Source: Octopus sinensis
Taxonomy: Eukaryota
Length of the DNA: 64,000 nt
Direction of reading: 5' to 3'
Assembly (NCBI RefSeq): GCF_006345805.1
Contig: NC_043011.1
Coordinates: forward strand, 21,340,464 to 21,404,463
Shown: positions 39,346-53,215 of the stretch, piece after piece
Layout: every line of letters begins with the position of its first letter
How positions within the stretch are numbered: position 1 is the stretch's first letter
Notes under the pieces: generated by a model
Seen by the model: only the letters and a program-made list of their open reading frames with translations
Told to the model about the DNA's origin: nothing
Databases searched by the model: none
Position numbers and translations under genes: made by a program

Positions 39346-39879
39346 TATGATCCTACGCTGCGGGATCCTTCGGATATACATACATGTGAGGGTTATTTAT
39401 TCACATAATTTTCAATTATATGGTTCGAAATAAATACATTGATTAATTGCTTACAAGAAAGAACTGGAAAATTTCATTGACAGAAGTTATAACATTATTT
39501 GTTTCGTTTTGTTATAAGGGAACGGAGGAAGCACATGGCGAGACGGAATGACTTAGATCTTGGCCAGATATTGGAAAAAAAGCGGCTTCATGATAAGAAT
39601 TTGGTAGTTATTACAACACAGTATTACAATGTTATTATTGAGAGCGCAAAGATTAACATCGCCCTCTGGGCGGTTTTCTCTTAGTTTAAGTAATGCATAT
39701 TATCTTGCCTGTTTATAGAGCGGTCCACTGTCGAACATTGCCCGTTGAAGCCTTTTTTATCTTTTAAAGAACGAACTATTTAACTATGTAAAAAAGAAGG
39801 GAAAGGAAAAACATTAGTGAAATAAGTTTCAAACATTTACAAGAAAGTTCTAAAAAATAGACATCTTCTATACTTTATT

Positions 39880-40209
39880 TGTCTGTCATTGGACTTTGGC
39901 CATTCAGAGACACTGCCAGTACTTCTTTTTTGAAGCCTAGTACTTATTCTGTCGATCGTTTTTGCCGAACCACTAAGTTACAGGGACGTTAAAGCAAAAT
40001 AACATTGGTTGTCAAGCGGTGGTGGGTGACAAATACAGACACAAAGACACATATACACATACACACACACACACATACATACATATATACATACATACAA
40101 GGGGTTTCTTTCAGTTTCTGTCTACCAAATCCACTTTCAAAGACACACACACACACATACATACATACATCCATCCATCCATCCATCCATCCATCCATCC
40201 ATACATACA

Positions 40210-40243
<34 letters not shown>

Positions 40244-40400
40244 CACACATACATACAAGGGGTTTCTTTCAGTTTTTGTCTACCAAATCCTCTCACAAGA
40301 CTCTGGTTGGCTCGGGGCTATAGCAGAAGACACTTGCCTAACGTGTCACACAATAGGACTGAACCCGGAACCTTGTGGTTGTGGAGCACACTTATTACCA
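39880..40400 (-). mobile_element. SINE family C with an internal ~45-bp duplication
   Basis: ACATACAAGGGGTTTCTTTCAGTTT.TGTCTACCAAATCC occurs at about 40092 and 40250. Confidence 0.75.
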
Positions 40401-40769
40401 CACATTGGAAATTTATAAAAACTAGTGAAATGCAATAAAAGTACTTGGAATTGCTATAAATTTATATTTTCCTTCATTTCTTCGAAATTATAATAACTGT
40501 AACAATATTGCCATGGCAGTGAAAGTAAATTGAGCTGGTAGGCGGAAATGAATCTAAGTTTTAAGACAAAATAAATCTAATTATATGGCTGGAAACAAGA
40601 AGAAGGAAAGGTGATTGCAATAATTATAAGTTTGGTGAGTGTTGTGAAAGAGAGCTAAGGGTTTTGAGCAAAGATCGTGCTCCAAATCAATAAGAGTGGC
40701 ATTTCAAATATTTTTTTCCTGCCATTTTAGTCACATACATAAGGTTGCTTGATTACGTATACATACATA

Positions 40770-40789
40770 CTTACGTTCGATCACTATAT

Positions 40790-40842
<53 letters not shown>

Positions 40843-41032
40843 GTATGCATCAGTTTAAGCACACACACACGTATGTATGTATGTATGTACGTATGTATGT
40901 ATGTATGTATGGATGGATGGATGAGGATGGATGGATGGATGGATGGATGGGTGGATGGATGGATGGATGGATGGATGGATGGATGGATGGATGGATGGAT
41001 GGATGGGTGGATGGATGGATGGATGGATGGAT
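40770..41032. repeat. (TA)n/(TATG)n/(GGAT)n microsatellite
   Basis: Directly visible. Confidence 0.95.
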
Positions 41033-41529
41033 ACGTATAAAACAAGACACCTGATGAGATACAGCTGCGCCGGAGAATGCAACACAACCAATTGTATAGT
41101 ATCCCACCCGCAAGGGACCGACGCAAATTGAGTCGAAACAATCGTTGTGAAGCATAAAGATTCTCGTGAATTGCATTTTATGTTTGCCTCATTCATTATA
41201 TATATATGTATGTATATATTGTCTCTAATTAATATTATATAATATTTTACTATAAAATTGGATTCAATCCTAAATCTGATTTTCCCTGTAAATTTGGATT
41301 TATTCCCTAATATTTATTATATATATATATATGGCTTAATAAACATATAAACATTTCTTAATACAGTCACCATATCTGAAAAGAGATTTTCTCAAATTAA
41401 AAATGATTAAATTTATTTTCAAGAAGCCAAATAGATACATACCTTATGGCCATTTCGCCATTGTAGCAGCTATATTAACTAATATATCCTCATTTCTTTC
41501 TATATTTGAGTGTGTGTCTGTTTTATGTC

Positions 41530-41820
41530 TGTCTTTCTGTCTGTTTGTATGTCTGTATGTATGTATGTATCTATGTATGCATGTATGTATGCATGTATGT
41601 ATGTATGTATGTATGTATGTATGTATGTATGTATGTATGTATGTATGTGTGTATGTATGTATCTATGTATGCATGTATGTATGTATGTATGTAGGTATGT
41701 ATGTATGTATGTATGTATGTATGCATATATGTATGTATTGTATGTATGTATGTATGTATGTATGTATGTATGTATGTATGTATGTATGTATGTATGTATG
41801 CATATACGTATGTATGTACA
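41530..41820. repeat. (TATG)n microsatellite
   Basis: Directly visible. Confidence 0.95.
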
Positions 41821-43014
41821 AAGTGAAAGAAAGTTTAGCTGAGAATAAACCCGAAAATAGCGAAATGGTCATGGAGGGAATGACTCAGATCATAAGTTTT
41901 TCTCGGTCTGGCACTCAACAAGCTCGACACCAAGAGGAAAACGAGACAATAAGAGAATTTCTGAGTGATTCATCGACCTACCAGAAACAGCAGCTAAATC
42001 TTCCTTACATTCCTACATTCCTGTATATCCTACATTCACTATATTCGATATAAACAAAATGGCTGAATGATCAGTCTGGAATTGTTTTCACTATAATAAG
42101 TCTGCTCGGTCAGGACTGATCGGGGGTTAAACTATAGCGGTAACTTGCGACACGATTAAATACTTTTAGATATCACTGAAGGATGACGACTTGGGATGAT
42201 AATCAATCTAGAATGGGATGAATCTTTATATCACCACTTCATGTTTCAGTCTTATCGGAGACATAATTTTGTCGGCATACAACCTGTCTAAAATCAGCAT
42301 AATACAATTTATACAAAGACCTGACTGCTAACCCGAAGCTTGTCTAATGATAACACTCCTCTATGATTACAGACTCTTCACTAAGATTTCAAAACAAGGT
42401 TACAAAGAGAGTTCATAAGAAACAATATATTGTCAAAAACAAAAAAAAAAACTAAATATAAATTACGAACTAATATAATGACAAGTCGCTAAGTATAAAG
42501 AATGCATCATGGCGGTGGTGGTTTGTGTGGGTGTGTGTGTGTGTGAGTGTGTATGTGGGTTCGCGCGCGCGTTTTGTTGATTTTTTTTGCTTTGATTTAT
42601 GACTACAGAACAGATGAACAAACGTTATATTGAATTACATCAAGCCTCCTTTCAATTTAGGCCCAAGGGAGTCAGCTACACAGAAGATTGTAAATACAAG
42701 TGAAAAGACACATTAGATATTTTTTTTTATACATAATTGTTCAGAAAAGAGAACCCGTGTGGTAAATGTGTATAATTTTGCAATCGTTTGGGTTCTGAAT
42801 TCAATACCAGCACGTGGTAGTGGCGGTATGAGGCAAGTGCTTTCATTTATAGCTTTATTTTTTTTTTTTTTATAGCCATGACGTGACGCATACATTTTGA
42901 GTAAATATTTATAGAGGGGAAATATGTACTGAGATAATAATAAGCAAAAACCCCCGAAGGTGCTGCCTCAGCATGACCACAGTCCGACAAGTAGTATAGC
43001 TTTAACGAGTATAA

Positions 43015-43087
<73 letters not shown>

Positions 43088-43174
43088 CTATCTGTGTGTG
43101 TGTGTATGCGTATCTGTGTATGTATGTAATATATGTATGTATGTATGTAATATATGTATGTATGTATGTATGTA

Positions 43175-43207
<33 letters not shown>

Positions 43208-43305
43208 TGTTATATATGTATGTATGTATGTGTGTATGTATGTAATGTATGTATGTATGTATGTATGTATGTATGTATGTATGTATGTATGTATATACAT
43301 ATATG
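43015..43305. repeat. (TCTA)n/(TATG)n microsatellite
   Basis: Directly visible. Confidence 0.95.
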
Positions 43306-43749
43306 TATCACTGAGAAACATTTCAGTCTTTTGTTGATTGACGGTCATAGCGCTTTCCTTTACTTACACTATGGTCGAGTGGCATTAGTGCTACCTGGAA
43401 AACTCTGAAATCTTTCCGTCTGAAATCATCCTTTGCAATCAGCACACTAAACAAGGGTCAACGAAATTACCCTAAATGTGAAGCAATTACTTTGTTATGA
43501 TTTGATTTTCACTTCGAGTTTTGGTTTCACATAATTTTCCATATACGCAGTGTCGTTTGCTTCGCTTTGCCTTTCGCTAATCACTCCTCTGATAACCTGG
43601 CGGAGCCAATGCAAGTAGGATAGAAAACTAAAGCCCTCATTTCAAACTCATATCCCACATACGTTCATTGGTAGAAACTACATTGCCATCCTCACGTCTT
43701 TTTTGTAACTCCTTAAGTCCCTAATACTTTCAGAACCTCTTTATATATA

Positions 43750-44155
43750 TGTGGCTGTGTGGTAAGTAGCTTGCTTACCAACCACATGTTTCCGGGTTCA
43801 GTCCCACTGCGTGGCACCTTGGGCAAGTGTCTTCTACTTCTACTATAGCCTCGGGCCCACCAAAGCCTTGTGAGTGGATTTGGTAGACGGAAACTGGAAG
43901 AAGCCCGTCATATATATGTATATATATATGTATGTGTTTGTGTATCTGTGTTTGTCCCCCAACTTCGCTTGACAACCGATGCTGGTGTGTTTGCGTCACC
44001 GTAACTTAGCGGTTCGGCAAAAGAGACCGATAGAATAAGTACTAGGCTTACAAAGAATAAGTCCTGGGGTCGATTTGCTCGACTAAAAAGGCGGTGCTCC
44101 AGCATGGCCATAGTCAAATGACTGAAACAATTAAAAGAGTAAAAGAGTAAAAGAG
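43750..44155 (+). mobile_element. SINE family C, near complete
   Basis: GTGGCTGTGTGGTAAGTAGC through the TAAAAGAGTAAAAGAG tail. Confidence 0.88.
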
Positions 44156-44481
44156 ATATGTATACTCTACCCCTTGATCTTCTTCCCTATATATCCTTTT
44201 TCCTATATTTTGTATGCAAACAGAAACAACGATCTCATTTTCTTTAAATACTATTCACTCGTACATCATTTATTCCCTTTCCCAACCATCTCACTTTATA
44301 TATATATATATATATATATATCTGTTGTGTCGACGCCCCCAGACGACGAAGTGGACTAGTCCAATGCGTAGATATAGAGGGAGAAGTCTAGACATTGAGA
44401 GGAGAAGAGAAGAGTTGAGTTGAGTAGAAGGCATCCGAACGTGTGACATAACAATATCTTTCTCTTGTTTTTTCCTCATTT

Positions 44482-44513
<32 letters not shown>

Positions 44514-45044
44514 ACACATACCTTTTATCTCTTTTCTTTTCCCCCTTCTATATGCACATCCATCCTCCTAACTTAGTAGCCGACTTACTTCTCTGACTGC
44601 ATATATTGAAATATTTCCATCGATTGCTTCATATTTTGAAATGTTTGAACTGAGGAAGAGTGACGTAATAAATGATCTCTATAAATATATTAAGCATCCC
44701 TGAAATGTGCGTATTAAATTACTTCAAAATATTACTATTTGGTTTGACTTTATTACTACAACTTATGCGACTCGATGCCAATAGCCGGTCCAGATTCTAA
44801 TGCGGATATTCTAACAACGATTTGGAGAAGTTTGATATATTTGATTCAAATCGAAAGTTCTGGTACCGTGAACCGCTTCTCAGCGTAACACGAAATACAT
44901 ACACACACACGCACACACACACACACACACAGACACACACACACACACACACACACACAATACACATATATGTTCTCGTCCATTTTTTTGTTATTTGAAG
45001 TCTTCCTTTAAGGAAGGATCTGCCTTCTAGCAAAGATACAAATC

Positions 45045-45730
45045 TCCATCTTTAGAAGATAAATAACAAAAAAAAACAATAATCAAGAAAAGTCTTGCAT
45101 AACATTATTGTTCCACTTACAAACTGTATTTCTAATGTGCGTATTAGCTGGGTGATTTCTTTCTCTGAAAACCCTTGCTTTTTCACACTATCACTTAGGC
45201 ATGTATTAACAAAACCAAGTGCGCCAATTATCATTGGTATAAATGTGAATATATAATTTGGGTATACTTGGATGCTGAAGGTTTCGAAGCATTTGTCCTG
45301 AGTTAACTTCTTTCTGTATGATTTTTGAAGAGATATTTACACCAGTAGTTTAGCTCTCTTGTATAAAGATACATACTTTTCCTTGGTCTACCCAAACAAC
45401 TTTATCTGGTCAGATATGCTTGCACTTGGTAGAAGCTTTGATTGTAATGTTTCATCAATATTCCTTGGGTTGATGCTTACGTACGTATGTATGTACTTGG
45501 TAACAGGAAGATTTTCTATATTTATCATAAGACAATCTTTTCCTTCTTTCTTTTTGTTTTTGTTTTTGGATGTATATTGTTTTAACGACAATGTCATGTC
45601 GCCTTGGGAGGTAGTACCTTGATGACATTTTTGGACAGCTGCTGGTCACATGTGTGATGTCTTCCACAAACAATCTGACGTAATCGACTCTTTCAGTTGC
45701 ATCTTGAAGTTGCATCTTGAAGTTTGCTCT
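45045..45730 (-). pseudogene. R4/Dong-like LINE 3' relic (zinc knuckle, RLE, C-terminus)
   Basis: Minus translation VEDITHVTSSCPKMSSRYYLPRRHDIVVKTIY...PDKVVW...MIIGALGFV...GTIMLCKTFL. Confidence 0.8.
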
Positions 45731-45948
45731 CTGTTTCAGTATGTATGTGTGTGATATATATGAATGAGTGTGTGCGCGTGCGCGTGTTAAATAAATATAT
45801 ATATGTGTGTTTGTGTGTGTGTGTAGATGTATGTTTATACACACATATGTATGTAAATATATATATATACAGAGAGAGATAGATGATAGATAGATATAGA
45901 TATGAATGTATACATATGTGTGTGTATTTATGTGTATGGACATATATA

Positions 45949-45987
<39 letters not shown>

Positions 45988-46289
45988 TATGTCTATGTAC
46001 ATGTGCTTGGGTGTGTATAAAAAGCGTGTTTGTGTATGCGCGCAATAGACATATGTGCATAGAAACACTGGCGACTGCTCTATACAAAGGACTCTGGTTA
46101 AAAGCCTTGACGCAACAAATGTTCACCTTTTTCTCTCACAAAAGAACAAAAAAAAAATGGAGAGAATGGCTGTACATGTGTAGCATATTTAAGATTTGTC
46201 ATTATTCCAATAAATACGTTTCTGTGTCATAAGGACAGACGAAATTAGGAAGATTTGTAAGAGAAATGTGAGTAACTATAGAAATAAGA

Positions 46290-46300
46290 AAGAAAGAAAA

Positions 46301-46353
<53 letters not shown>

Positions 46354-46362
46354 AAGAAAGAA

Positions 46363-46418
<56 letters not shown>

Positions 46419-46530
46419 AGGACAGAAAGAACGAAAGAAAGAAAGAATGTAAGAAAGAGGGACAGAAAGAAAGAAAGAAAGAAAGAAGGACAGAAAGAAC
46501 GAAAGAAAGAAAGAAAGAAAGAAAGAAGGA

Positions 46531-46600
<70 letters not shown>
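46290..46600. repeat. (AAAG)n microsatellite
   Basis: Directly visible. Confidence 0.95.
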
Positions 46601-46601
<1 letters not shown>

Positions 46602-47959
46602 TCCGATATAATAAATATTATGGTTGGTGGTTCTATATTGCTGATTTTCTTTTCAAATGATTAATGTATTTGCTTTGCTACGTTTTCAGCACTTGCAAAG
46701 TTTGGCTTTTTTCCATTTTTATTAACAAAACTAATGTACTATTATCTGTATGGTAGCGTATAATACGAGAGTTAAAAGATAAGAAAAGTTATCACAATGC
46801 AAGTCATAAAATATTGAATTAAGAATTACATTCACTACGATACTTTAAAAGATAAAAAGTATTATGGTAGTATCAAGATTATATGATATATTACAAATTC
46901 AATTAAAATATTATTTTAATTGTGATATTAACATTGAAATGTACAGTTCATGTAATATGTAACTTTTGGAGGGGATAGATGTAAGTAAACACGAATGGAT
47001 GACTAGTTTAGGGGAATATATGATTAATGTATGAATCGTATGTCGCATCAAAATTATGATTACGTTCGTAATATCAAGTCTCAAGACATTTCTTTCGTCT
47101 GTGAAATTTGATTATCGTTCAGTCCTACGAACAGCAATGAAGAGTTAGTTTCTCATATTTCTACAGAATATAAATTTACCTCAATCAAATGCATACACAC
47201 ACATATATACACATATTTCCAGCCAATTCATCATGTTGAACCCTTAATCCCTACACAATTTGTTCTCTCTCCGTCTGGTTGCATTCTCTCTCTATTTTCT
47301 CATCTCACTCTTCTCTGTCGAAGCGCGTAGGCTCGAAACGTCAAACACTTTTCCATTCTTTCCGAGCGTTAAACTAATACACCTGCTTCTTGTTCCTTCA
47401 CTTGTCTTCGTCCTTTTTTCTGTAAATTTGAACTTCATACACACACAAACACACACACTCATACACACACAAATGTATATATATTTTTTAACAGAATTTA
47501 GTTTCTGGGTAAGATGTTCTTTTTTTTTTTATTCAGCGTATGCCCTCAACCAAACGGACATCATTTCCACCCCTAGGCAGCAGTCTAGTGACAATAGACC
47601 CCAAGAGTTTCTTTTTATCGGCATAGTGGAAGTGGTGCCTGTAATCTTTAAGTGTGCAACTGCGCACCATACATACAAACGCATGCGTATAAACACACAA
47701 TATTGGATTTTACACGAATGTTGTATGTTGGATTGTACCATTTAACACTTCGTTTTCTGGTGAGTTCTTGGCTACGTTTAAGTGTCTCACTGTACAACAC
47801 TAAAGCCATGTTAAACAGAGTAGTTTACTTATCCCTTTCCTAGTGTCTCTTGGAACTTACTTCACAACGTTCAGTGGGTCGTTGGCTAATTTATGAATAT
47901 AAATCAAAGTGCTCTCTGGATTCTTGAATGGCTCATTTGATTCTGAGTTCAGTTTAAGT

Positions 47960-48450
47960 GTATCACTATAAGGTTACTTCAACTGTCCGCCGCGAGTCGA
48001 TTTTTGAATGTTGTTATTATTACTCTTGAACATTTCAGTTGTGTGCCATTTCACACAGCCCGATACGACGAACCTGTCATCTCTGTAAAGCACAACGCTA
48101 GTATCGTTAAACAAACTTTTCATTTCGTTCCACAGAAACAACATACGAACTTGAATAATTTCGTTCCAATAAGATTTTCTTATGATTGCAGTATCAACAG
48201 CTCTATCCTTCTTAACCCATTAAGTGCCCGTTTTAAAGATGAAGGAGCTGCCGAAAAGTCGATTTGAGTGATATTAGTGTATCTCCTGACAAAATTGATG
48301 ACTTTTAGTAGAAGATAATTATGAGAGGATAATTATCATCGACGTTGAAATTGATAAATTTGGGCATGCTTTAGTTTTGGACATCTTTGAACCACGTAAT
48401 GCCGGACGTGGTGTTGAACTTCAGATTCAAATTTATAGGAAGGGTTGAGT
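47960..48450 (-). pseudogene. Penelope-like element reverse transcriptase relic
   Basis: Minus translation ITWFKDVQN..KFINFNVDDNYP...WVKKD...LFLWNEMKSLFNDTSVVLYRDD. WVKK (48208-48219) and LYRDD (48076-48090) are in frame at a plausible spacing. Confidence 0.75.
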
Positions 48451-48954
48451 CACCCTTTAATTATCATTACCCCTAGGTCCGTTCCGACTCGGTACTAACC
48501 TGCCAGCGCCCTATCTATGGTTTAAATTATTTCCCAAGAGTAAAAGCGGCTGCCATCGTTTTTGACAGAGCCGCCTTCAAGAAAAACAATGCTCTGACAT
48601 AAAACATACAGTGTGAATAGTACTAGTCATCTTGCAATACTTGTCACTGGTGTCTACTATGGTGACCGAGAGAATGGCAAAAGCGTAGAACAAGCATTTG
48701 TCACTTAAATCCAGCAACGTACAGATCTCGCGCTATCATTTCACTTCTCAACCAGTTCTGCTAAGGAATGACAAACATCCGAAACGCTTCGCCGCTCCTC
48801 TTTCCAGTAAAGCGTTAAGCTAATACTTTTTGTGTTAAACTTTATTCTTCCTATGTTGACTTTTTTTTCATTGTTCATTGTATTAACACTATATATGTAA
48901 ATACACTTCATATATGTAAGCGAGAAAACATTAGATTAAAATGGCATCACTGAA

Positions 48955-48986
48955 TAATTATATATGTATATATATAGTATATATAT

Positions 48987-49036
<50 letters not shown>

Positions 49037-49111
49037 ATATATATATATTATATAAGTAGCTATGTGTATATGTATATATGTATATATTATACATACATAC
49101 ATATATATATA

Positions 49112-49150
<39 letters not shown>

Positions 49151-49288
49151 GTATATAAAAAAACTTGTCTTCGTATGTAAATAAATTTAATGTGAAGGCT
49201 GCCAAAAGTATATTAAAATGTTATTAATTAACAATTTAAGATAAGTGTATTCGTGTAGGTATGTGTGTTTATATATACATACATATAT

Positions 49289-49365
<77 letters not shown>

Positions 49366-49378
49366 GAGAGAGAGAGAG

Positions 49379-49421
<43 letters not shown>

Positions 49422-49512
49422 AACATACATACATACATACATACATACATACATACATACATACATACATACATACATACATACATACTTACATATATAC
49501 ATACATACATAC
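48955..49512. repeat. Compound (TA)n/(AGAT)n/(ACAT)n microsatellites
   Basis: Directly visible. Confidence 0.9.
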
Positions 49513-50033
49513 ATGTGCTCGTATTTTGACATTGATAGTCGTATGTCGCTGGGTGTTAGTGTTCGTGCAATTAAAGGCAGGGCAACATATAAAGCCTCTC
49601 TTATTTCAGTTAAGTACTTTCCCGAGATTATGTGCATCGCCAGTTTTGCTTTTCACTGAAGACTAAATCTAGAAAATGAATCCCATCCCTTATTTTACAA
49701 TAGTATCCCGCTTTTTCCCTCCCCCTGAAGATCAAGAGGCCCCTGTTTAAGGGGGCCAACTTTGAAGAACCATTTCCTCCCTATTTCGTATTCCTTGCCG
49801 GTTAGATGTTTTATATTCATATTTCTCTAATTAATAAATGTTAAGTGATGGTGCGGTACTGGCGAGGAGTTCGTGATTTATTAAATATGCGGCTTCAAAT
49901 AACGAGCATTATCGACAATATGAAAGGGAAAACCAGCTCATCTCCCCACCATTACATCTGATCTGCATTTCTTTATTTGCTTATTATTTATCACAATTCT
50001 CTCTTCTGCCTCCTAGTGAATACACACACACAC

Positions 50034-50099
<66 letters not shown>

Positions 50100-50216
50100 T
50101 ATAGACACACACACACACAGAGATGTAGATAGATTGATAGATAGTGTGTAATGTTCAGAATAAGCACACGAAGTAGCGACGATAAAATGTAACACATGAC
50201 ATCTGCACGCGCGCAC

Positions 50217-50249
<33 letters not shown>

Positions 50250-50616
50250 TGTATGTATGTATGTATGTATGTATGTATGTATGTATGTGTGTGTGTGCAT
50301 GTGTCTGTGTATCTGTCTGTCTATATGTGTATATGAATGTATGTACGTATGTATGTTTAACCACTTTTTTAGAAAAGTTCTTGATAAAATCACAATATTT
50401 GAAGGAAGATTTTCTTGAAATTAAAAATCATCAATTAGAAAGAAAATCCTTAGAAAATAGACTGACACAGTACGGCATAAATTTTGTACATTATAACATG
50501 CGTGTTTGAAAAGCTAAAAACAGCGAAAAGCTTTCAACACAACACGGAAACTTTCTGCCATAACGTTTTTTTTTTTTTAAGATTATCAATATATAATAAT
50601 TTAAAATCTGTCTTCA

Positions 50617-50654
<38 letters not shown>

Positions 50655-50656
<2 letters not shown>

Positions 50657-51026
50657 GTGGCACTCCGTCGCTTACGACGACGAGAGTTCCAGTTGATCTG
50701 ATCAACGGGACAACCAGCTCGTGAAACTAACGTGCAAGTGGCTGAGCACCCCACAGACACGCGTACCCTTAACGGAGTTCTCGAGGAGATTCAGCGTGAC
50801 ACAAAGAGTGACAATGCTGGCCCTTTGAAATACAGGTACAACAGAGACAGGATGAATGAGTGAGAGAAAGTTGTGGTGAAAGAGTACAGCAGGGTTCACC
50901 CCCACCTCGCCGGAGCTTCGTGGGGCTTTTAGGTGTTTTCGTTCAATAAACACTCTCGACATCCGGTCTGGGAGTCGAAACCGCGATCCTACGACCGCGA
51001 GTCCGCTACCCTAACAACTAGACCTC

Positions 51027-51028
<2 letters not shown>
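50655..51028 (-). mobile_element. SINE family A (tRNA-Arg-like)
   Basis: Reverse complement of 7305-7692. Confidence 0.85.
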
Positions 51029-51060
<32 letters not shown>

Positions 51061-51118
51061 GGTAGGTAGGGAGGAAGGGAGAGAGGCAGGCAGGCAGGTA
51101 GGTGGGTATGTAGGTAGG

Positions 51119-51194
<76 letters not shown>

Positions 51195-51299
51195 GGGAAA
51201 ATAATGACAAGCAGACACAACGACAGAGATGAAAAAACGTGGAAGAGACGTGAAAGAGAGAGAGAGAGAGATCGACATCAATTATATATATATATATTT

Positions 51300-51525
51300 C
51301 TTTACTGCCCAAAAGGGGCTAAACATAGAGGGGACAATCAAGGACAGACGGAGGGATTGAGTCGATTATATCGCCCCCAGTGCGAAACTGGTACTTTATT
51401 TATCGACCCCGAAAGGATGAAAGGCAAAGTTGACCTCGGCGAAATTTGAACTCAGAACGTAACGACAGACGAAATACCGCTAAGCATTTCGCCCAGCGCG
51501 CTAACGTGTCTGCCAGCTCGCCGCC
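51300..51525 (-). mobile_element. SINE family N
   Basis: Matches 1430-1633. Confidence 0.85.
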
Positions 51526-51987
51526 ATATATATATATATATATACATAAGGTAGAGAGCGAAGGAGTGAGAGTGAGTTAACGAATTGATGGGGGGGGGTG
51601 AGAGATGTCGACGACAGACAAAGAGCCAGAAAGATAGAGGAAACGTGGGCGAGAAGAATGAAACGAAATGGAGAAAGGAACGATAGTTGGGATTGAGAAA
51701 CATGTTAGCAACTTGATTTTCGTAACTTTAGGAATTAAACTGGTTTTCCTACATTGCTTGTTTTAAAACAAGACAATAGAGGAACACTGGTAATTTGCAT
51801 AAGGGCTTACAGAGCATTAAGAATTTTGTTTTTCCTCCTTTTTGTAATGCATTATTTTATTTGATGCCAATGCATTTTCCCATTCACGTTAGGATTTAAT
51901 TTATTCATACAATTCAGTCTTGGACAATTGCCCAGTGTTGAACCTTATAAACGAAATGACACCGACAGTGTAGAGTCAACACACACA

Positions 51988-52035
<48 letters not shown>

Positions 52036-52046
52036 ACAAACACGCA

Positions 52047-52093
<47 letters not shown>

Positions 52094-52355
52094 ACAAACA
52101 CGCACAAACACACACACACACAGTGATGCACATTTGCTCAATGTAAATTCGTGCAAAAGGCCTATTTACAATGTAAATAACTAAAGATTACAGCAAAACT
52201 CATAGGAAAATGTTCTTCAAAAAGTTTTTCTCATATTATTAAAAAACAAATAAAACTACTCCACTTTTGTAATCATTATGTTGCTTGAATCAACACTTAG
52301 ACACAATAGTATTCGTTCTCTATCTTGTTATAATCACGCTTTCCCAGTTTTTCTT

Positions 52356-52411
<56 letters not shown>

Positions 52412-52674
52412 TTATTACTGTCTCTTGAATTGCTAACGTCTACAGAAGATATAATTCAAAAGGAGGGAAAAAAAACTCGAAATCAAAATAAGGAAATAAA
52501 AAACAATGAATTATGTATGCTTCTACAAATACCGATGACCTTATCCTAATTACATTCAACTATCGCTGTTCAAAAGAAAATAAATCAAAGCAAGCCAAAG
52601 AAGAAAACAGCCATGAAACAGATGTTAAGAAGTGATAATCAGTCAACACAAATCTATCATATGATACTATTAAT

Positions 52675-52694
52675 GTATATATGTATATGTATAT

Positions 52695-52756
<62 letters not shown>

Positions 52757-52761
52757 ATATA

Positions 52762-52795
<34 letters not shown>

Positions 52796-52989
52796 ATATG
52801 TATGTATATATACATATATATTGATATGTTAATGTATTTCCATAATTTATCACTAATCATATAAGAGGAGTGGTGGAATTTTGATCGTCTATCGGCAAAC
52901 ATATATAGATAGATAGACGGATAGCTCGATCGATGGTTAGATAAATGGTTAGATGTGTATCTAGCTAGCTAGCTAGCTAGCTAGCTAGC

Positions 52990-53088
<99 letters not shown>

Positions 53089-53089
53089 T

Positions 53090-53145
<56 letters not shown>

Positions 53146-53215
53146 GTTACGCACACATAAATGTATGTATGTGTGTATGTATGTATGTATGTATGTATGT
53201 ATGTATGTATGTATT
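52675..53215. repeat. (TA)n, (AGCT)n, (AGAT)n and (TATG)n microsatellites
   Basis: Directly visible. Confidence 0.9.

Noticed and set aside
44345-44372. GACGAAG-TGGACTAGTCCA palindrome next to (TA)n, resembling a hammerhead stem II
   Set aside because: Both the CUGA and GAAA cores are missing or broken, so it is too degenerate to call.
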